A stretch of 64,000 bases of DNA from the human T2T-CHM13v2.0 reference genome, Homo sapiens, in assembly GCF_009914755.1 (NCBI RefSeq), contig NC_060928.1; one strand, 5' to 3'. The position numbers and the translations under genes were made by a program. Under the pieces are notes generated by a model. That model ran no database searches. It saw only the letters and a program-made list of their open reading frames with translations, and was not told where the DNA came from. How positions within the stretch are numbered: position 1 is the first letter of the stretch; each line of letters opens with the position of its first letter. Shown piece by piece: positions 1-13,579 of the stretch.

Positions 1-538
1 GTTAAGAAATAAGGAATGAAGAGAGGCAGGGGAAAAGACTTCTGTGTGAAAATAGAAGAGGCCCATTTTAAGCACATAATTTTCCTTATTTCAAAGGGAA
101 TACGCAGGCAGGTTACTGTAGCAGAGTCACAAACAAGCCAATGTGACTTAAAAGTATGAGTCATGGGGAAATGGAGTGACACGAGATCAGCTCCAGGGAT
201 CACGCCTTCACTTTGCCTGCCTTGGGGACTCAGAGATCTGCTTGCGGGTTTCCTGACTCCTACGTGAGGTGTCAGTGAAAGCAGCAGTGATGTTAACTTT
301 GAGGAAATTTAGTTATTGTGACAGGATAGATAAATGAACCGTATCGGGGTTTCTTCATTTTCGTAACTGTGGTGCTAATGAGGTATTCAGTATCTGTGGT
401 TGACTGATTTATTCCCCACCAGAAAAGATGCTTGGGCTGCAGATTTCACATTTAGAAAAAAACATGATCCTTTGGAAAAGTTGCCACCAATTACTCAGTC
501 TCCAGTTTCAGTCCATCCACGGAATGATCTGTCTATAC

Positions 539-605
539 CTCTGTAATGTACTGCGGCCCCAGTCAGCCACTTGGCAGCTTTGCAATCCCATGACCTTTTT
601 AAATC
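539..605 (-). other. Candidate internal exon of a minus-strand transcript from the CpG island
   Basis: Minus strand reads ttttatttattttcag|GATTTAAAAAGGTCATGGG...TACAGAG|gtatag: strong acceptor, plausible donor, GTCATGG Kozak-like ATG. The peptide is not recognised. Confidence 0.35.
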
Positions 606-1224
606 CTGAAAATAAATAAAATTGTAACATTCTTGCCTTGTTAGCTCTTAAATTTTCAAATTTCTATGTGCCAAGTTGTTCTGCTTAATAAATCACCAAG
701 GAGGTATTGTCATGATGGATTCGTATTTTATTTTTATTTTCAGTATTGTATGCAGTTTACTTAAAAAAGATTTGTGAAAAAAAGAGATAGCACTTTTAGC
801 TATTGCTAAATGAGATCAGGAAATTGTCTTCCAAATAGGCAAGCACAAAGCTGAAAAAAAATGAACAAAATCATCCATTTCCATACTGTAGAAATTGAGC
901 AAAGGCTTAACACAAATTTGAGAGGCACGGATGCTTAAAAACTGTCGAACTTCTGGGAAAAACGTGGGAACTATGTCACTCTGGCCTGGGCTGCCCACCT
1001 TGTCCAGGGTGGGACGAACTGTAGAGGGTTTTCTGCTGCTGGAAGGGCCTCTGTGGCTTTGGGGAGACGGCAGCGCCAGGGCCCGCGGGGCGGCAGGAGG
1101 GACTGGGAGGCCCACAGCGGTCCCGTGGGAAAGCTCTGTAGGGACGGGCAGGAGTGAACATGTTGTGTTTTGTGGGCTACAAACAGGCTCTATTTCCTCT
1201 CTGCCTCCTCCTCCTGCTTTTTCT

Positions 1225-1300
1225 TCCACTTTTTTTTAACATTTGTTTTTAAATGGAAAGTAGTTTTTAGCTCACAGGTCATACAAAAGCTGGCAAACGG
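1225..1300 (-). mobile_element. MER58-like (hAT-Charlie) fragment
   Basis: Minus strand gcttttgtatgacctgtgagctaaaaactactttccatttaaaaac resembles the remembered MER58B consensus TTTTTGTACGGCCCGCGAGCTAAGAATGGTTTTTACATTTTTAAA. Confidence 0.45.
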
Positions 1301-1365
1301 CTGGCTTCGAACCGTCCTGGCTTCGAACCGTGGCTGCCATGTGCCTCCCGCTGCTCTACTCGCCT
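1285..1365 (-). ncRNA. Putative type-2 Pol III (tRNA-like) cassette
   Basis: A-box-like TAGAGCAGCGG (1358-1348), two perfect B-boxes GGTTCGAAGCC (1329-1319 and 1313-1303), TTTT at 1288-1285. Confidence 0.3.
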
Positions 1366-1644
1366 GAGGTTGACCCTGGTAAGCGGTTGCCGCCTGCAGA
1401 CACGGCGCATGCGAGGGAGGGTGCAGGCCGAGACTCCGCCCCGAAGGGCGCGGCGTGCCCGAGAGATGCGAGCGTTGAGGAAACGGAAATCCAGCGCACA
1501 CGTGAAAACGCCCCGGACTGCGGCTGCGCCGCTTACCCGCACACAGACGGTTGGCAGAGGAAGAAAGCCTTGTCACACTAAAGGAGAGACAGCGGATGTT
1601 CTGAACAGTCCTGTCGTGAAACGTTAGACAACGTGGACGAAACA

Positions 1645-3125
1645 GGCACATTCCTAAGCATCACACATTACTGAAACTCAGTCAAGAAGAAATAGAAAAT
1701 CTGAATACATCCATGGCAAGCACAGAAACTGAACTAGGGGATTCGAAATCTTCCCACAAAGAAAAGCCTAGGCCCAACTGGCCTCTATGGTAAGTTCTAT
1801 CAAATAGTCACAGAAGAAATCATGGCAGTTCATCACTTACTGTTGATGTTTCAGAAGATAGTGGACTAAGGAACAATCCCAAATCATTTTACAAGGCTAG
1901 TAGTACCCTGATAGCAAAGCCAAAGATATCACAAGAGGAAAAACATCACAGACCAGTATCTCTCATTAACATGGTTGCAAAATTCCTTAACAAAGTATTA
2001 AAAAAGTGAATCCAGCAAAATATAAAAATGATTATATACTATGACCCGATGGGGTTTATCCAAGAATGCTGGGTTCATTTGACATCCAAAAACCAATTTA
2101 ATGTAATATACCAATCACATTCAATTTATAAAGGACTAAAATACTCCGTGATTATCTCAACAGATGTAGGAAAATAATTGGACGGCATGTAAGACCTATT
2201 TATGATTTAAAAAAAAAATCTTAAAAAACTGGAAATAGAACAAACGCTTTTTAAACTGACAAAAAGAATTTAGGAAAACACTACAGGTAACATCATATCT
2301 AATGGCAAAAGACTGAAAATCCCCCCTTAAGAACAGTAGAAAGATGTCTACTTTTATTATTTGTATTCACAATTATACTGGATTTTCTAGCCATTCCAAG
2401 AAAACAACCAACCAATCAATCAATCAACTAATTAAATGTATCCAAAGTGGAAATAAAGGAGTAAAACTGTCTTTATTTAAAAAGAAAATGATTCTATATG
2501 GAGAGAATCCCAAAAAATCCATTAAAAAAATCTAGAACTCATCAATGAGTTTAGGAAGGCCTTGGGATACAAGATCAATATATAAAAATCAATTGCATTT
2601 TTATATACTAGAAATACAAAAACACAAAAATTAAATGAAGAAAATTTCATTCACACATATGAAAATGTAAACTTTTTGGAAATTAACAAAAGAAGATGAC
2701 ATCTATTGAAAACTACAAAATGTTGCTGAGAGAAATTAAATATGTACATAAATAGACATTTCATATTGATGGATTAGAAGACTCAAGATGGAAATTCTCT
2801 CCAAATTAGTTTAGAAATTCAACACAATTCAAAAGCCCAGCAGGCTTTTTTTTGCAAAAATTCATAAGCTGATGCTAAAACTTATCTGCATATTCCGACA
2901 ACCTGTTAAAAACAAAATACTGTTAAAAACAAAGAACTACTTGATTTCAAAAATTTTGTTAAAGCCACAGTAATCAAGACAACGTGGTGCTGGCACAAGC
3001 TTAGACGCATGCACATCAATGGAAAATAATTGAGTCCAGAAACAAATTCCTGCCTTTATGGAAAATTTACTTTTCACAAATGTTCTAAAACAACTCAATG
3101 GGGAAACTATAGGGCTTTCAATAAA
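1645..3125 (+). mobile_element. Old L1M ORF2 fragment
   Basis: Degenerate ORF2 landmarks (gaagaaatagaaaatctgaa, KSLGP.G region, ggatacaagatcaata, agtaatcaagacaacgtggtgctggcac) with many stops. Confidence 0.85.
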
Positions 3126-3154
3126 AGCCTGCCCACACACACACACACACAACA

Positions 3155-3751
3155 ACGTCTACCCCTAACCCACCAAACCTGTGACTATGTTACCTTAAAC
3201 ATGGCAAAGGAGAGTTTGCAGTGTGATTAACGGTATAGATCTAGAGATGGGGGGGATCATCCTGGATTATCTGGGGGCAGAGGGGCCAGTCTAGTGACTT
3301 GAGTCCTCAAGAGAGGAAGGGAAAGGCAGAAGGGTGGGTTAAAAAGACTCACTATGAGAAGTACTTCATCCTTCATTTCTAGCTTTGAAGATGCAAGTGG
3401 GGACCATGAGCCAAGCAGTGTGACAGGCTCTAAGAAGCTGGGAATGTCTGTCAGCTGACAGTCAATAAGAATTTGAGGACCTTCTTCTTGCACCCACAGT
3501 AAATTCATTTCTGCCAACAAACTGAATGAGATTGTCCCCTAGAGCCTCCAGAAAGGAACACAGCTTACTGTCATGTTTATTTTAGTTTGGTGAAACCCAA
3601 CCCAGACTTTCCATCTATGGACCTATAATTAAAATAGTTTGGGGGCATTCTTAGTCCACAAATTTAGTCCAAATTTAATAACAAATTTGTGTTACTTTAA
3701 GCCCCTGAGTTTATGATTAATTCATTAAGATAGCAATAGAAATCTAATACA
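3155..3751 (+). mobile_element. MLT1 (MLT1C/D-like) MaLR LTR
   Basis: tatgttaccttaaacatggcaaagg...gagatggg..atcctggattatc...ctagagcctccagaaaggaacacagc...gcaatagaaatctaataca end. Confidence 0.8.
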
Positions 3752-6700
3752 CAATGGGATGAAAAAGAAATTAAAGAATTATAAAAGGATTTATGTGAAC
3801 CATGTTAAGGAAGATTATTTAAAACTAGGAAAAAAGGCAAAAAAAGATGAGTAGTATGTCCTTTCAATGTCATATTGGAACACTTTATCAATTTCAAACA
3901 AGGATTATTTAATTTCCTATAATAATGCATTTTTACGTTTTGCTAATTGGATTTGATTGACAGCTCAAGTTTTAGGAAGTAACATGTTAACTTGACAGGT
4001 TTCATTTCAGTAGAAAAGATATTTCCAAAAGTTATGGTTTCATTGCCCTGTAGGGTATTAGCCAGTTTTGTACTAACCTAGCAACCCTATGACAAAGGTC
4101 TATTTTTAAAATACCTGTAAAGACTGTGTACTTCACAGACTCTTGGAAATGCTTTATATTCTACCTAGTTTGCTCACTCTTGAGCTAACAAGTCTTTGGT
4201 GTATATTAATTTTATGAATCATACTTTTAACTTTTTTAAAGCATTATAGCTGGACAACCATAATGTATTACTTTTAAGAATTCTGGATAATTTTGAGACA
4301 TGCCAAATTAGACCCATCAGTAAAAAACAAGATTTAATAAATAGAAAAATAATGAATGACCATATGAATAAATAGATACAGAATAAACAAATGGTACATA
4401 AAGGTTGACAAGAAAAAGCCTTGATGATTCTGGAATGTTACATAATAATATAGGAATCAACTTAGGCTGTCATTTTCAATATCTTCATTGCTATCAATTT
4501 ATGAGGGATTTTGTTAGCATTAATGTGATATACAATGGAAATTTGAGGAAAAAAATGACATTGTTTTAGGTGAAAATGGAAAATTTAACAGGAATATAAG
4601 GAAAAAAAATACTCCTGGGAAACAGTATTTCCCATACTTAAAGCAAGAAGACATTCTGGTGACCAATAGGCTCACATGCTAGTTTTGAGAGAATTTGTGT
4701 GGAAATTGATCAGTAAATTTTTTCTAAATGTCCTAGAGACTTTAGGTGATACTTTGGATGATGACAGGATTTTTAAATTATAATATTTCTGTAGCTACTT
4801 CTCTTTTTAAAGAAAAAGATAGCAATTTTTTTCTATCTCCTGGGTAGAATTTTGTAGTTTAACACATCTCTATAGCCAAGAGTTCATTTTTTTCCCTCAG
4901 ATCAGATCCTTATGCCTGTATCTCTAGCTCTGATAGAACTTATGTTTCATTTTAATTATATATTATTACATTGTCCCTCAAATGATGGACAATGCATTTT
5001 CCTGTTAAATTTTAAAATTGCCTTAATTATGTAGTTGAGGGCCAAGGTACTTTACATACATCACAATTATACCAGAGAGAACCATGATGCAATAGAGTGC
5101 AATTGTGAGAGCTAGAGTATTGCCTCATTCTGCTACTAAATTTAAAATAGTCTGGGGGCACTCAGTCCAAAAATTTGGCTCCCGTTTCCCACTGTTCCTA
5201 ACTCAGTTTCTTGTCTCATTTTGTATTCTCTGACCAAAGTTATTCAGGCTAAATCAGTATTAGGAAACAAAGATTAGCAAGTGAATTGTACTTTTAATTA
5301 TTCAATATGCTTGTCTGTAAAATAAAGCTGAACAATGGCCGACTTCAATTCGTGGTTTTAAAATAAGTGGCTAAGGAAAAGCCAAACTGCTATGTGGATT
5401 TTTTTTTCCTCTACCCAAGTTTGTATCAATCCCAGGCACTATCGTAGCTACCAATCTGGCACACGTGACACACTTTGGGGCTGAGATCAGCATTTTACAT
5501 AAATTTTCAACCCAGCCATCCAACTTGAAAGACAGAAACTTCCATCTCCAGAGTGGTTTTATCACCCATGAGGAAAGCTGGCCCCAGAGAAGTTAGGCCC
5601 CTTGGGTCTATGGTCACACAAGCTGACATTCAGACCCAGTTCTGCCTGAACCCGCCGGCTCTGTCCTTCCCATTAAAATGAGGGAATTGGGAAACCTGAG
5701 TTCTGGAGCTGCTTTGTGACTTAGAGTCAATCATGTTACCTCTCTAGATCTTTGTTTCTCCAACAATAAGAGAATATGACAAGGCTAAGTCAGGTTGAAC
5801 ATCTCTTCCAAACTTAAACGCAGATATGACACATAGTGCAGTGTTTACTATATAACCATGTTGTGCTTATCCTTTGAGGAAAAATAATAGAAATTCTAGG
5901 GCCAAACTTTTCAACTTTTTGGCCTGGGTGACTTGTTTTCCTCCTTAAAAAATCCATATCACAGAGCCACCTGCTTCCACAGTTACCATATTAAAATCAT
6001 CCTAGGATTTTACCACTGATCTTCATACATGTGTATTTGGACTGAGTCACATTTTGTTGTAAAAATAAATGATGTCAGATAAAACATTGTGTTTAAAATA
6101 AGTGGTATTAATAATCTCTTTAAAATGCATGCCCATGAAACATTAAGTTGTCTGAAAGAAATATAATCTGCTTTCAATATATTTTCTCATTTAAGTTGAG
6201 CGTTCATGTGTTCAATTCACCCTAAATACAAAATAATTCTTACTTTCCTAAGAATTTTTCATGAAAGCATGTTAGGTAACTGGTAATGCCAAAATGAAAC
6301 TAAGGCACTAAGTAATAGATTATGATAAAAAGAAAGAATTCATGCTGAGGGAAAAAAAGAAAAAGATGAGATTGGACTTAAAATAAGTTACATGGACCCA
6401 TTTGGAGCTGAGTCTAACAAAATATGATTTATGTGCAAAGCATTTTTTGTTACATAATTTATGAAGCAAAAACGTGGAACATAGCATATGGTGAGTTGAT
6501 TTGGAAGAGGGGATTTAAGCATAATCATTCAGCCTGGGGTTTATGCCGTGTTTGAATATCTGTCATACCTCTGCCTGGCTCCCATCCCCACATGTGACCT
6601 CCTGCATGGTGAGACTTACATCACATCCCACACACTTTCTGGACTGTTTTGATTATTCACTGTTAACCTTAAAAAGTATGGCTTCCTGTTAGGCACTTTT

Positions 6701-7246
6701 ATTTCATACAACATAAGTTGTATGCAGTGTGCTTCAAATAAGTAAACAACCGGCAGGTCAGAATAGCTTTTATTTATTTGTTTTGTAAATCCCAGCTTTC
6801 TCTGGGTCCTCATAAAGAGGAGTAATAGAGAAATAGTTTCTGGCCACTCTGCTTTATTATTTCAGACATGCATGGCCTCCTATATAATTTGCTTATTGAT
6901 TTCAATAATAAAGACCAGGAAATTACATCCTCTCTTGTCTGTGGAGCTATGAATCACAGATTGCTTAACCACTGTCAAATTAAACAACTTGCCTGTGACT
7001 GAGAAAGGATTCATATAAAGACTAAAATGATCATCAGCCTCCCACTAATCCAGTGTGTCCCCCATGTTAAATGAAGTCAGCATCACTCTGGGCAGCTGTG
7101 CTGCCTCCTTTGAGGAAATCAGCCTCCTTCTCAATCATTTGTACTGCCACACAGTTTGAATCCCGGATTCTGGAAGATTATGCCAGATACCTTTCTCTCC
7201 TGGGAGATAACTGCTCAAAAACAAAGACACAATTAAAATAAAAATT

Positions 7247-7583
7247 AGACATGAGCACAGTGGCTCATGCCTATAATCCCAGTGCTTTGGGAGACGGAGT
7301 CAGGAGAATCGCTTGAGGCCAAGAGTGTGAGACAAGCCTGGGCAACATAGAGGATCCCAATCTGTACAAAATAAAAAAATTAAAAGAATTAGCTAGGCGT
7401 GGAGGCTCATGTTTGTAGTCCCAGCTACCTGGGAGGCTGAAGCAGGAGGATCACTTGAGTCCAAAAGCTTGAGGCAGTGAGCTATATTCATGCCACTGCA
7501 CTCTAGTTTGGGCCACAGAGTGAGATTCTGTTTCTACAATAAGAATAAAAATAAAAATAAAATAATAATAATAAAAATAAAAT
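7247..7583 (+). mobile_element. AluJ
   Basis: Diverged dimeric Alu (aggaggatcacttgagtcc, ctgggcaacatag) with an A/AAT-rich tail. Confidence 0.9.
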
Positions 7584-10228
7584 CAAACAAAACATTGAAA
7601 GAACTCTGGTTTCTGATTATCTAAAAGCTCCCAACTGATACCGGAAATACTGTTTTCTAATGCTAACATTTGAATACCCAAGGTCTCTCATAGATTTATT
7701 GCATCAAATCTCTGGGTTAAATTTAGAATGAGGTTGATCTTCAGGAGCAGATTCTCATTCTAAATCACACAATTGTATCTAGAGGCTGAGTGTTTAAAGG
7801 GACAAGACCAACAGTGGGCTCTGGGTGCCCAGCCGAGCAGCCTCTAGAAGTGTTTTGCTTTTTCAGAAAGCAATGAAGGGGCTTAAAATCATTTGTGAAA
7901 ATGATTTAAATGATTTAAGGGTTGAAAGCAAAAAACAAACAAACAAACAAAAAAACCTCATCTGGGCCCAGTATTCTCATTATAGGTAGAATAATGATAG
8001 AAATTGCAATGCACAATTTTACTGCAAATTTTGCTTGAAAGCAGACAAATCATCTTGGAAAAGTAGATTTGACTCCCTGCACTTTAGTTTCCTTATCTAA
8101 GCCTGAGGGTTTGATGATGTCTTCGATGTTTTTAGGAGTTCTAACTGTATATATTTTAATGCCAAAATAATCTTTGTGGCCAATCTTAATTCTACAATTT
8201 GAAAATAGTTTTAAGTTAAAGATTTTAATGCGCTTGGATAACCTGCAAATTTACATTTAAACCTGTTTATGTAATTATTCACTCACATTTAAATGTGGTA
8301 ACTTCTGCCCATGTGATCTTAAATTAAAACATTCTTTGAAGCTAGATGAATACTTAGCATGTTAATAACATCTGATGAGACCCAGATGAAAGCTGGTATG
8401 AAGTACTTCTTGGTCAAGAAGTTCTCTCTCTTTGTTAATGTAAATTTTATAAGTTTCCATTACCCAATGAACAAGGTATATAAATTGGATGAGTTCTTCT
8501 TTTTTGAATTATCGTCAGGTTATACAAAGAGGAAAGGTGGAACATTAAAAAGAATGAAAATTCAAAGGACTTGAATCATTGGTCTGTTAGTAAATTTGCA
8601 ATTTTATAAACCGCAATGATTTATAAACTATTCAAAACATTAATATTTACAAGCAAAATTATGCAAAGCATACACAACTTTTGCTGTCTTGATTAGACTG
8701 CATCTTTTGTCTCCAGGTAAAAATAACTTTTAAAGTTATTTTCAAAAAATATTTATTTTTTGATGCTTAATTTTTAGTTGCCTAGTGAAATGATTGCTAT
8801 TCATATCTAAAAGGAAAACGAACCTCAGGTGGTATGTCACAGTGAGATGTCATTAAGTTATTATTAAAAATGGCTTATATGCAATTTAAAGCCAGCTTCC
8901 ACGAATGACTCTTGTGGTGAACAAGAAACCAATATAGATTATTTGTAGAAATAAATATTCCTTGATTCCTAGACTCCTATAAAACCACCTGAATAATATT
9001 GTGCACTGACTGTGGAAGGATTTTGATAAAATGTACGTTTTTCATGTCAGAATGAATGAATTATGTGCATGATATAAAGCAATAGCTCCCAAATTTCCCA
9101 CAAAGGACATCTTTTGTTATCACTGTTTTTTTTTTTTCATCAGTATCAGTGGTTTAAAAGATATTTTTCTATTACCACGAGATAGCCAGCAGTACCATAT
9201 TGGCTTTCTACAAGGCATTTTTAGGTTGTGAGGTGCTTCTGAGGCTAAAGATATATTACATTTGGCTTTTTGAAATAGTGAAATATAAATCTCTAATAGT
9301 CTGAGAAGTTGAAATTGGGAATTACTAGTGTAAAGAAAATAACTTATAAACAAGGCCCTTGATTCAAGTCTTTTCCATGACTTTGGTTAACTTTATCTAT
9401 TAAAAAAAAAACTAGGCAATTTTTAAGTTTCCCTTTTAATGCTAACATTTCATATTGTGTTTTCAGCATCCCACTTGATGAAAATTCCTGTTATAATAAA
9501 TTAGCCCCTTGAGGTTCCTGGAAAAGCATGAAGACTTGATATCACCTCCTTCCTCCCACTCTCCATGTATACAAACACTCCAATTGATACTTTCTCTTAT
9601 ATTATTATTTAAACTATTTTCTTTCTGACTCTGCGTTCTATCTTCTGTCTTGACTTTATTCACCCAAGATGACCAAAAAGACAAAGATTTGAGCTATGAG
9701 GTAGGTGTATGATACATAGGGGAAAAACACATACATATATAGGTTATATGAATATATGTATATCTCCATATATATATGTTATATACCCATAAAATATGTA
9801 CCAAATTGCTCCTTCAAGCTATATATTAGACCATAAACACAATTAAAGTATAAAACAAAATGAAAATATAATAAAGGTTTTTAATATCAATGACTGGTAT
9901 AAAGGCATTCATAAATAGCATTTTAAAGAAAAATACATTTAAAATAATTAAAATATAAAATAAAAAAGTATTTTGAAACATTATCTTTAATGTTTATAGC
10001 CTAAAATATATTTTTTAAATAAATAAAGTACCTACATTAAAAGGTCTAAGTTTTTTTTAACAAAATAAACACAGGTCTAAAGAAAAAAGGAAAACATAAA
10101 TGTATAAAAGAGAATGTAGCAAAATAGGAAATAACAAAGAGGATCAGTAAATATAAAAGTTATTTACCTTCCCCCCCCAAAAAAATGAATAAAATATACA
10201 AGTCTTTAAGCCAACTTTTACAGGGAGG

Positions 10229-10605
10229 TGCTGTGGTTTGAGTATATGTGTCCTCCCAAAATTCATCTGTTAAAACTTAATCCCCAATGTGATAATATCA
10301 AGAGCTGTGGCCTTTGGGAGGTAATTACGTCATGAGGGCTCCATGTTTATGAATGGAATAACACTTTTAATAAGTATCCTTACTTATTAAAGAAACTTAA
10401 GAGGAACTCTTTGCCCTTCTACCATGTAAAGATACAGCAAGAAGGTGCCATCTATGAAGGAGAAGACAAGCCCTCACCAGACACCAAATCTGCTGATGCT
10501 TTGATCTTGGACTTCCCAGCCTCCAGAACTGTGAGCAAGAAATTTCTATTTCTATTTCACCCAGTCCAAGGTATTTTGTAATAGTAGCCTGAGCAAACTA
10601 AGACA
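10229..10605 (+). mobile_element. MLT1A/MST-type solo LTR
   Basis: TG...CA termini, ccaaaattcatctgttaaaacttaatcccc, ttggacttcccagcctccagaactgtgag; 5-bp TSD ggagg/ggaag. Confidence 0.85.
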
Positions 10606-13333
10606 GGAAGAAAAAAAGTATATATAGCTGTATCAGAAATTAAAAGGGGACATAACTACGGTAGAATATATACTTATATATATATTTATATATATTTTGA
10701 CAATATATCAAAAATTTAAGTTAATGCATTTGAAGAAGATAAAATTAATACCTTTCTGAAAATATAATTTTAAAGTATTCCTTAAATTACAAAATTTAAA
10801 TACAATTATAGAAATTGAATCAGTAATTTAAATTGCCACACCCCAAGTTACCACAGATGTAATTTTGCAGATGCATTTTAGAAAACTTTAAGATAAAAAC
10901 TTTTCATTTTCCCTTTTTTATTTCAAAGAATAGAAAAATGTTCCTCTTCCATTCGTGGCTAAGCAAATTCTTATTGAACCAACCCTTCCACAGATAGCAA
11001 CTCTAAACAAAATGTTGAAAAAGCAACTACCTGCAGGCACTGGAGAGTGAAAATAATGTGGGAGACACTGGAGGGAAGTTATGAATAAGATAACAGTAGG
11101 GTGTGACTCTCCACTTGTTAACTGCTTTTAGAATGAGAGCAGTCTGCAGGTGTTGCCACACAAAGCAACTAAAATTCATATGGAAACCCATGGACTTACT
11201 GACTTGAAAGGCCAGGGGCAAAGACTCGGGCAACTGCAGCTGTTGGTAAGTGAAGGAGCATATTACAAAGAAGAAAGGACAATCACAGGGAAACAATTTT
11301 GCATAAAAAGCAGTCTGAATCTCTAGACTTCAAAAGGCCAACTAAGGTTTTACCCACACAGGGGAGATAGAATCAGAAGTTCAAGTTCAGCTACTGCTTA
11401 ACATTTTTTCAATAAGAATGAAAATCCTTCAGAGTAACATAATTTAGAATTTAGAGTCTCTACAATGTATCACAGTGTTCAACAATCTTATATTACTTGG
11501 TATACAACAGAACAGAAAATAATAAACGTTCTCAAGAAGAAAGAATGTCAGAGACTAACCCTGAGACCATCCAGATAAAGATTTTGAAGTAGCCATTATA
11601 ACTGTGCGCAAGGATAGCAAGGAATAGATTGTTAAAACAAATATAAGATAGAAAATCTCAGCAGAGAAGTTAAAACTATTACAAATGAAAATTAGAAAAC
11701 TAAAATATATCTGAAATAAAAATTTTGCTGGATGAGTTTATCAGCAAAATAGAGAAGACAGAAGAATTAGTGAACTTGATGACTCCTCAATATAAAATAT
11801 CCAACCTGAATAAGAAGGAAGACGATTCAGAAAAATAAATAATAGAACCTCAGAGAACTGTGGGACAATATCAAAATGTCAAGTGTGTGTGTGTGTGTCT
11901 CTCAGAGGAGAAAAAAGAGACAATAAAGCAGAAAAAAATTTTGAAGAAATAATGTCTGAAATTACACAATTGTGATGGAAGACATAATTTACAGATTCAA
12001 GAAACTCAGTGAACCCTAACAGGATAAAGTTATACATATGTACATACTCATGCACACACACAGAGGCCTTAATACATCATAGACAGACTACTAAAAACCA
12101 AAGATAAAGAGAACATCTAGAAAAAAGACAGAGGAAAATGATAAATTCCATATAAGTGAATAATGATTTGAATAACCTCAGGCTTCTCATCAGAAATAGT
12201 GAGAGCCAGAAAAAAAAAAAAAACAACTTTTTTAAAATACTAGAAGAAAAAAAATGTCAACCAAGAATTCTATATTCAATGAAAATATCCTTTAAGAATG
12301 TAGATAAAATGAAGACATTTTCAGAAAAATGAAATAAACTAATCTCTACTATAAGAAATGCTAGAGGGAGTTCTTCAGGCTAAGATAAAACTATAAAGAA
12401 ACATGAATCTACTGGAAGAAATAAGATGTATTGCATTTACATGTGTTACAATCCCTGTAATATTTTAAAATTAGTATTATAGGGATTATAGCACATGCAA
12501 ATACAGTACATATGACAACTAGAGAATCAAAACTGAGGGTGTGGTGAAGTGATCATGCACTTGCAGGATTTGTACACTGTATACAAAGTGGTTTAGTATT
12601 AACTGTGTAAACTATGAGGAGGTAAAGATTCATTGTAATTATAGGAACAACCACTAAAAAAGAAAATAGCTACAAAAATAAAAAAATTAAGTAAAAGAAA
12701 ATAAAATTCCTAAAAAATTTATATATTCCAAAAGAATGCCAAAAAGGAGAAAGAGAAGTACAAAAACAAAGAGACAAATGCAACTCATAATAGGAAAATG
12801 ATAGATATAAATCCAACTATATCAAGAATTACATTAGATCATCAATCACTCCAATTATAAGGCAGAAATTTTTGTAAGAAATAAAAAAGCAAGATTCAAC
12901 TATATGCTATCTACAAGAGAAACATATTAAAAATAAAGAAATAGAAAGGTTTTGGTTGACAGTAAGTATACCTACCATGCAAATAGTACACATAAGAAGG
13001 TTGGAGTGTTTATGGTAAAATCATATAGATTTCAAGATAAGGAATATTAACAGATAAAAATGATGAAAGTTTTGTCAGGAAGACAAAACAATCATTAAAG
13101 TATATTTATCAAAGGATAGAAGAGAATGAAAAACTACTCATATCCTTAAAAAGATTATAAACTATACTGAAACTAGTCAATTTTAAGATAAGAAATAAGA
13201 TGACAATCTCACATAGTATATATACAAAAATTTTCAATAAGCTATCAGCAAATTAAAATTGTCATTATAATAAAAAATTATAGCAAGAAGTGTTCATCTC
13301 AGAAATATAAAGATAATACATCACAAAACATAA

Positions 13334-13579
<246 letters not shown>

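Larger units (their letters stand above)
1060..1650. promoter_or_regulatory. CpG-island promoter
   Basis: GC- and CpG-rich patch in AT-rich background. NRF1-like GCGCATGCG 1405-1413, GC box 1434-1442, ETS CGGAAAT 1484-1490, E-box CACGTG 1499-1504. Donors G|GTAAGC on + (1378/1379) and - (1537/1536). Confidence 0.75.

Noticed and set aside
1285-1365. A bona fide tRNA or vault RNA gene
   Set aside because: The T-stem is broken, there is no clear anticodon arm, and it does not match vtRNA or nc886 as I recall them; kept only as a candidate Pol III/TFIIIC site.
816-1651. Overlapping 100-150 aa ORFs on both strands
   Set aside because: Expected in a CpG island; several use non-ATG starts; no recognisable domain.
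3760-9700. Scattered splice-like motifs in unique AT-rich DNA (e.g. ~4900, 6490, 6608, 9467)
   Set aside because: No consistent exon pairing or recognisable coding frame; compatible with chance.
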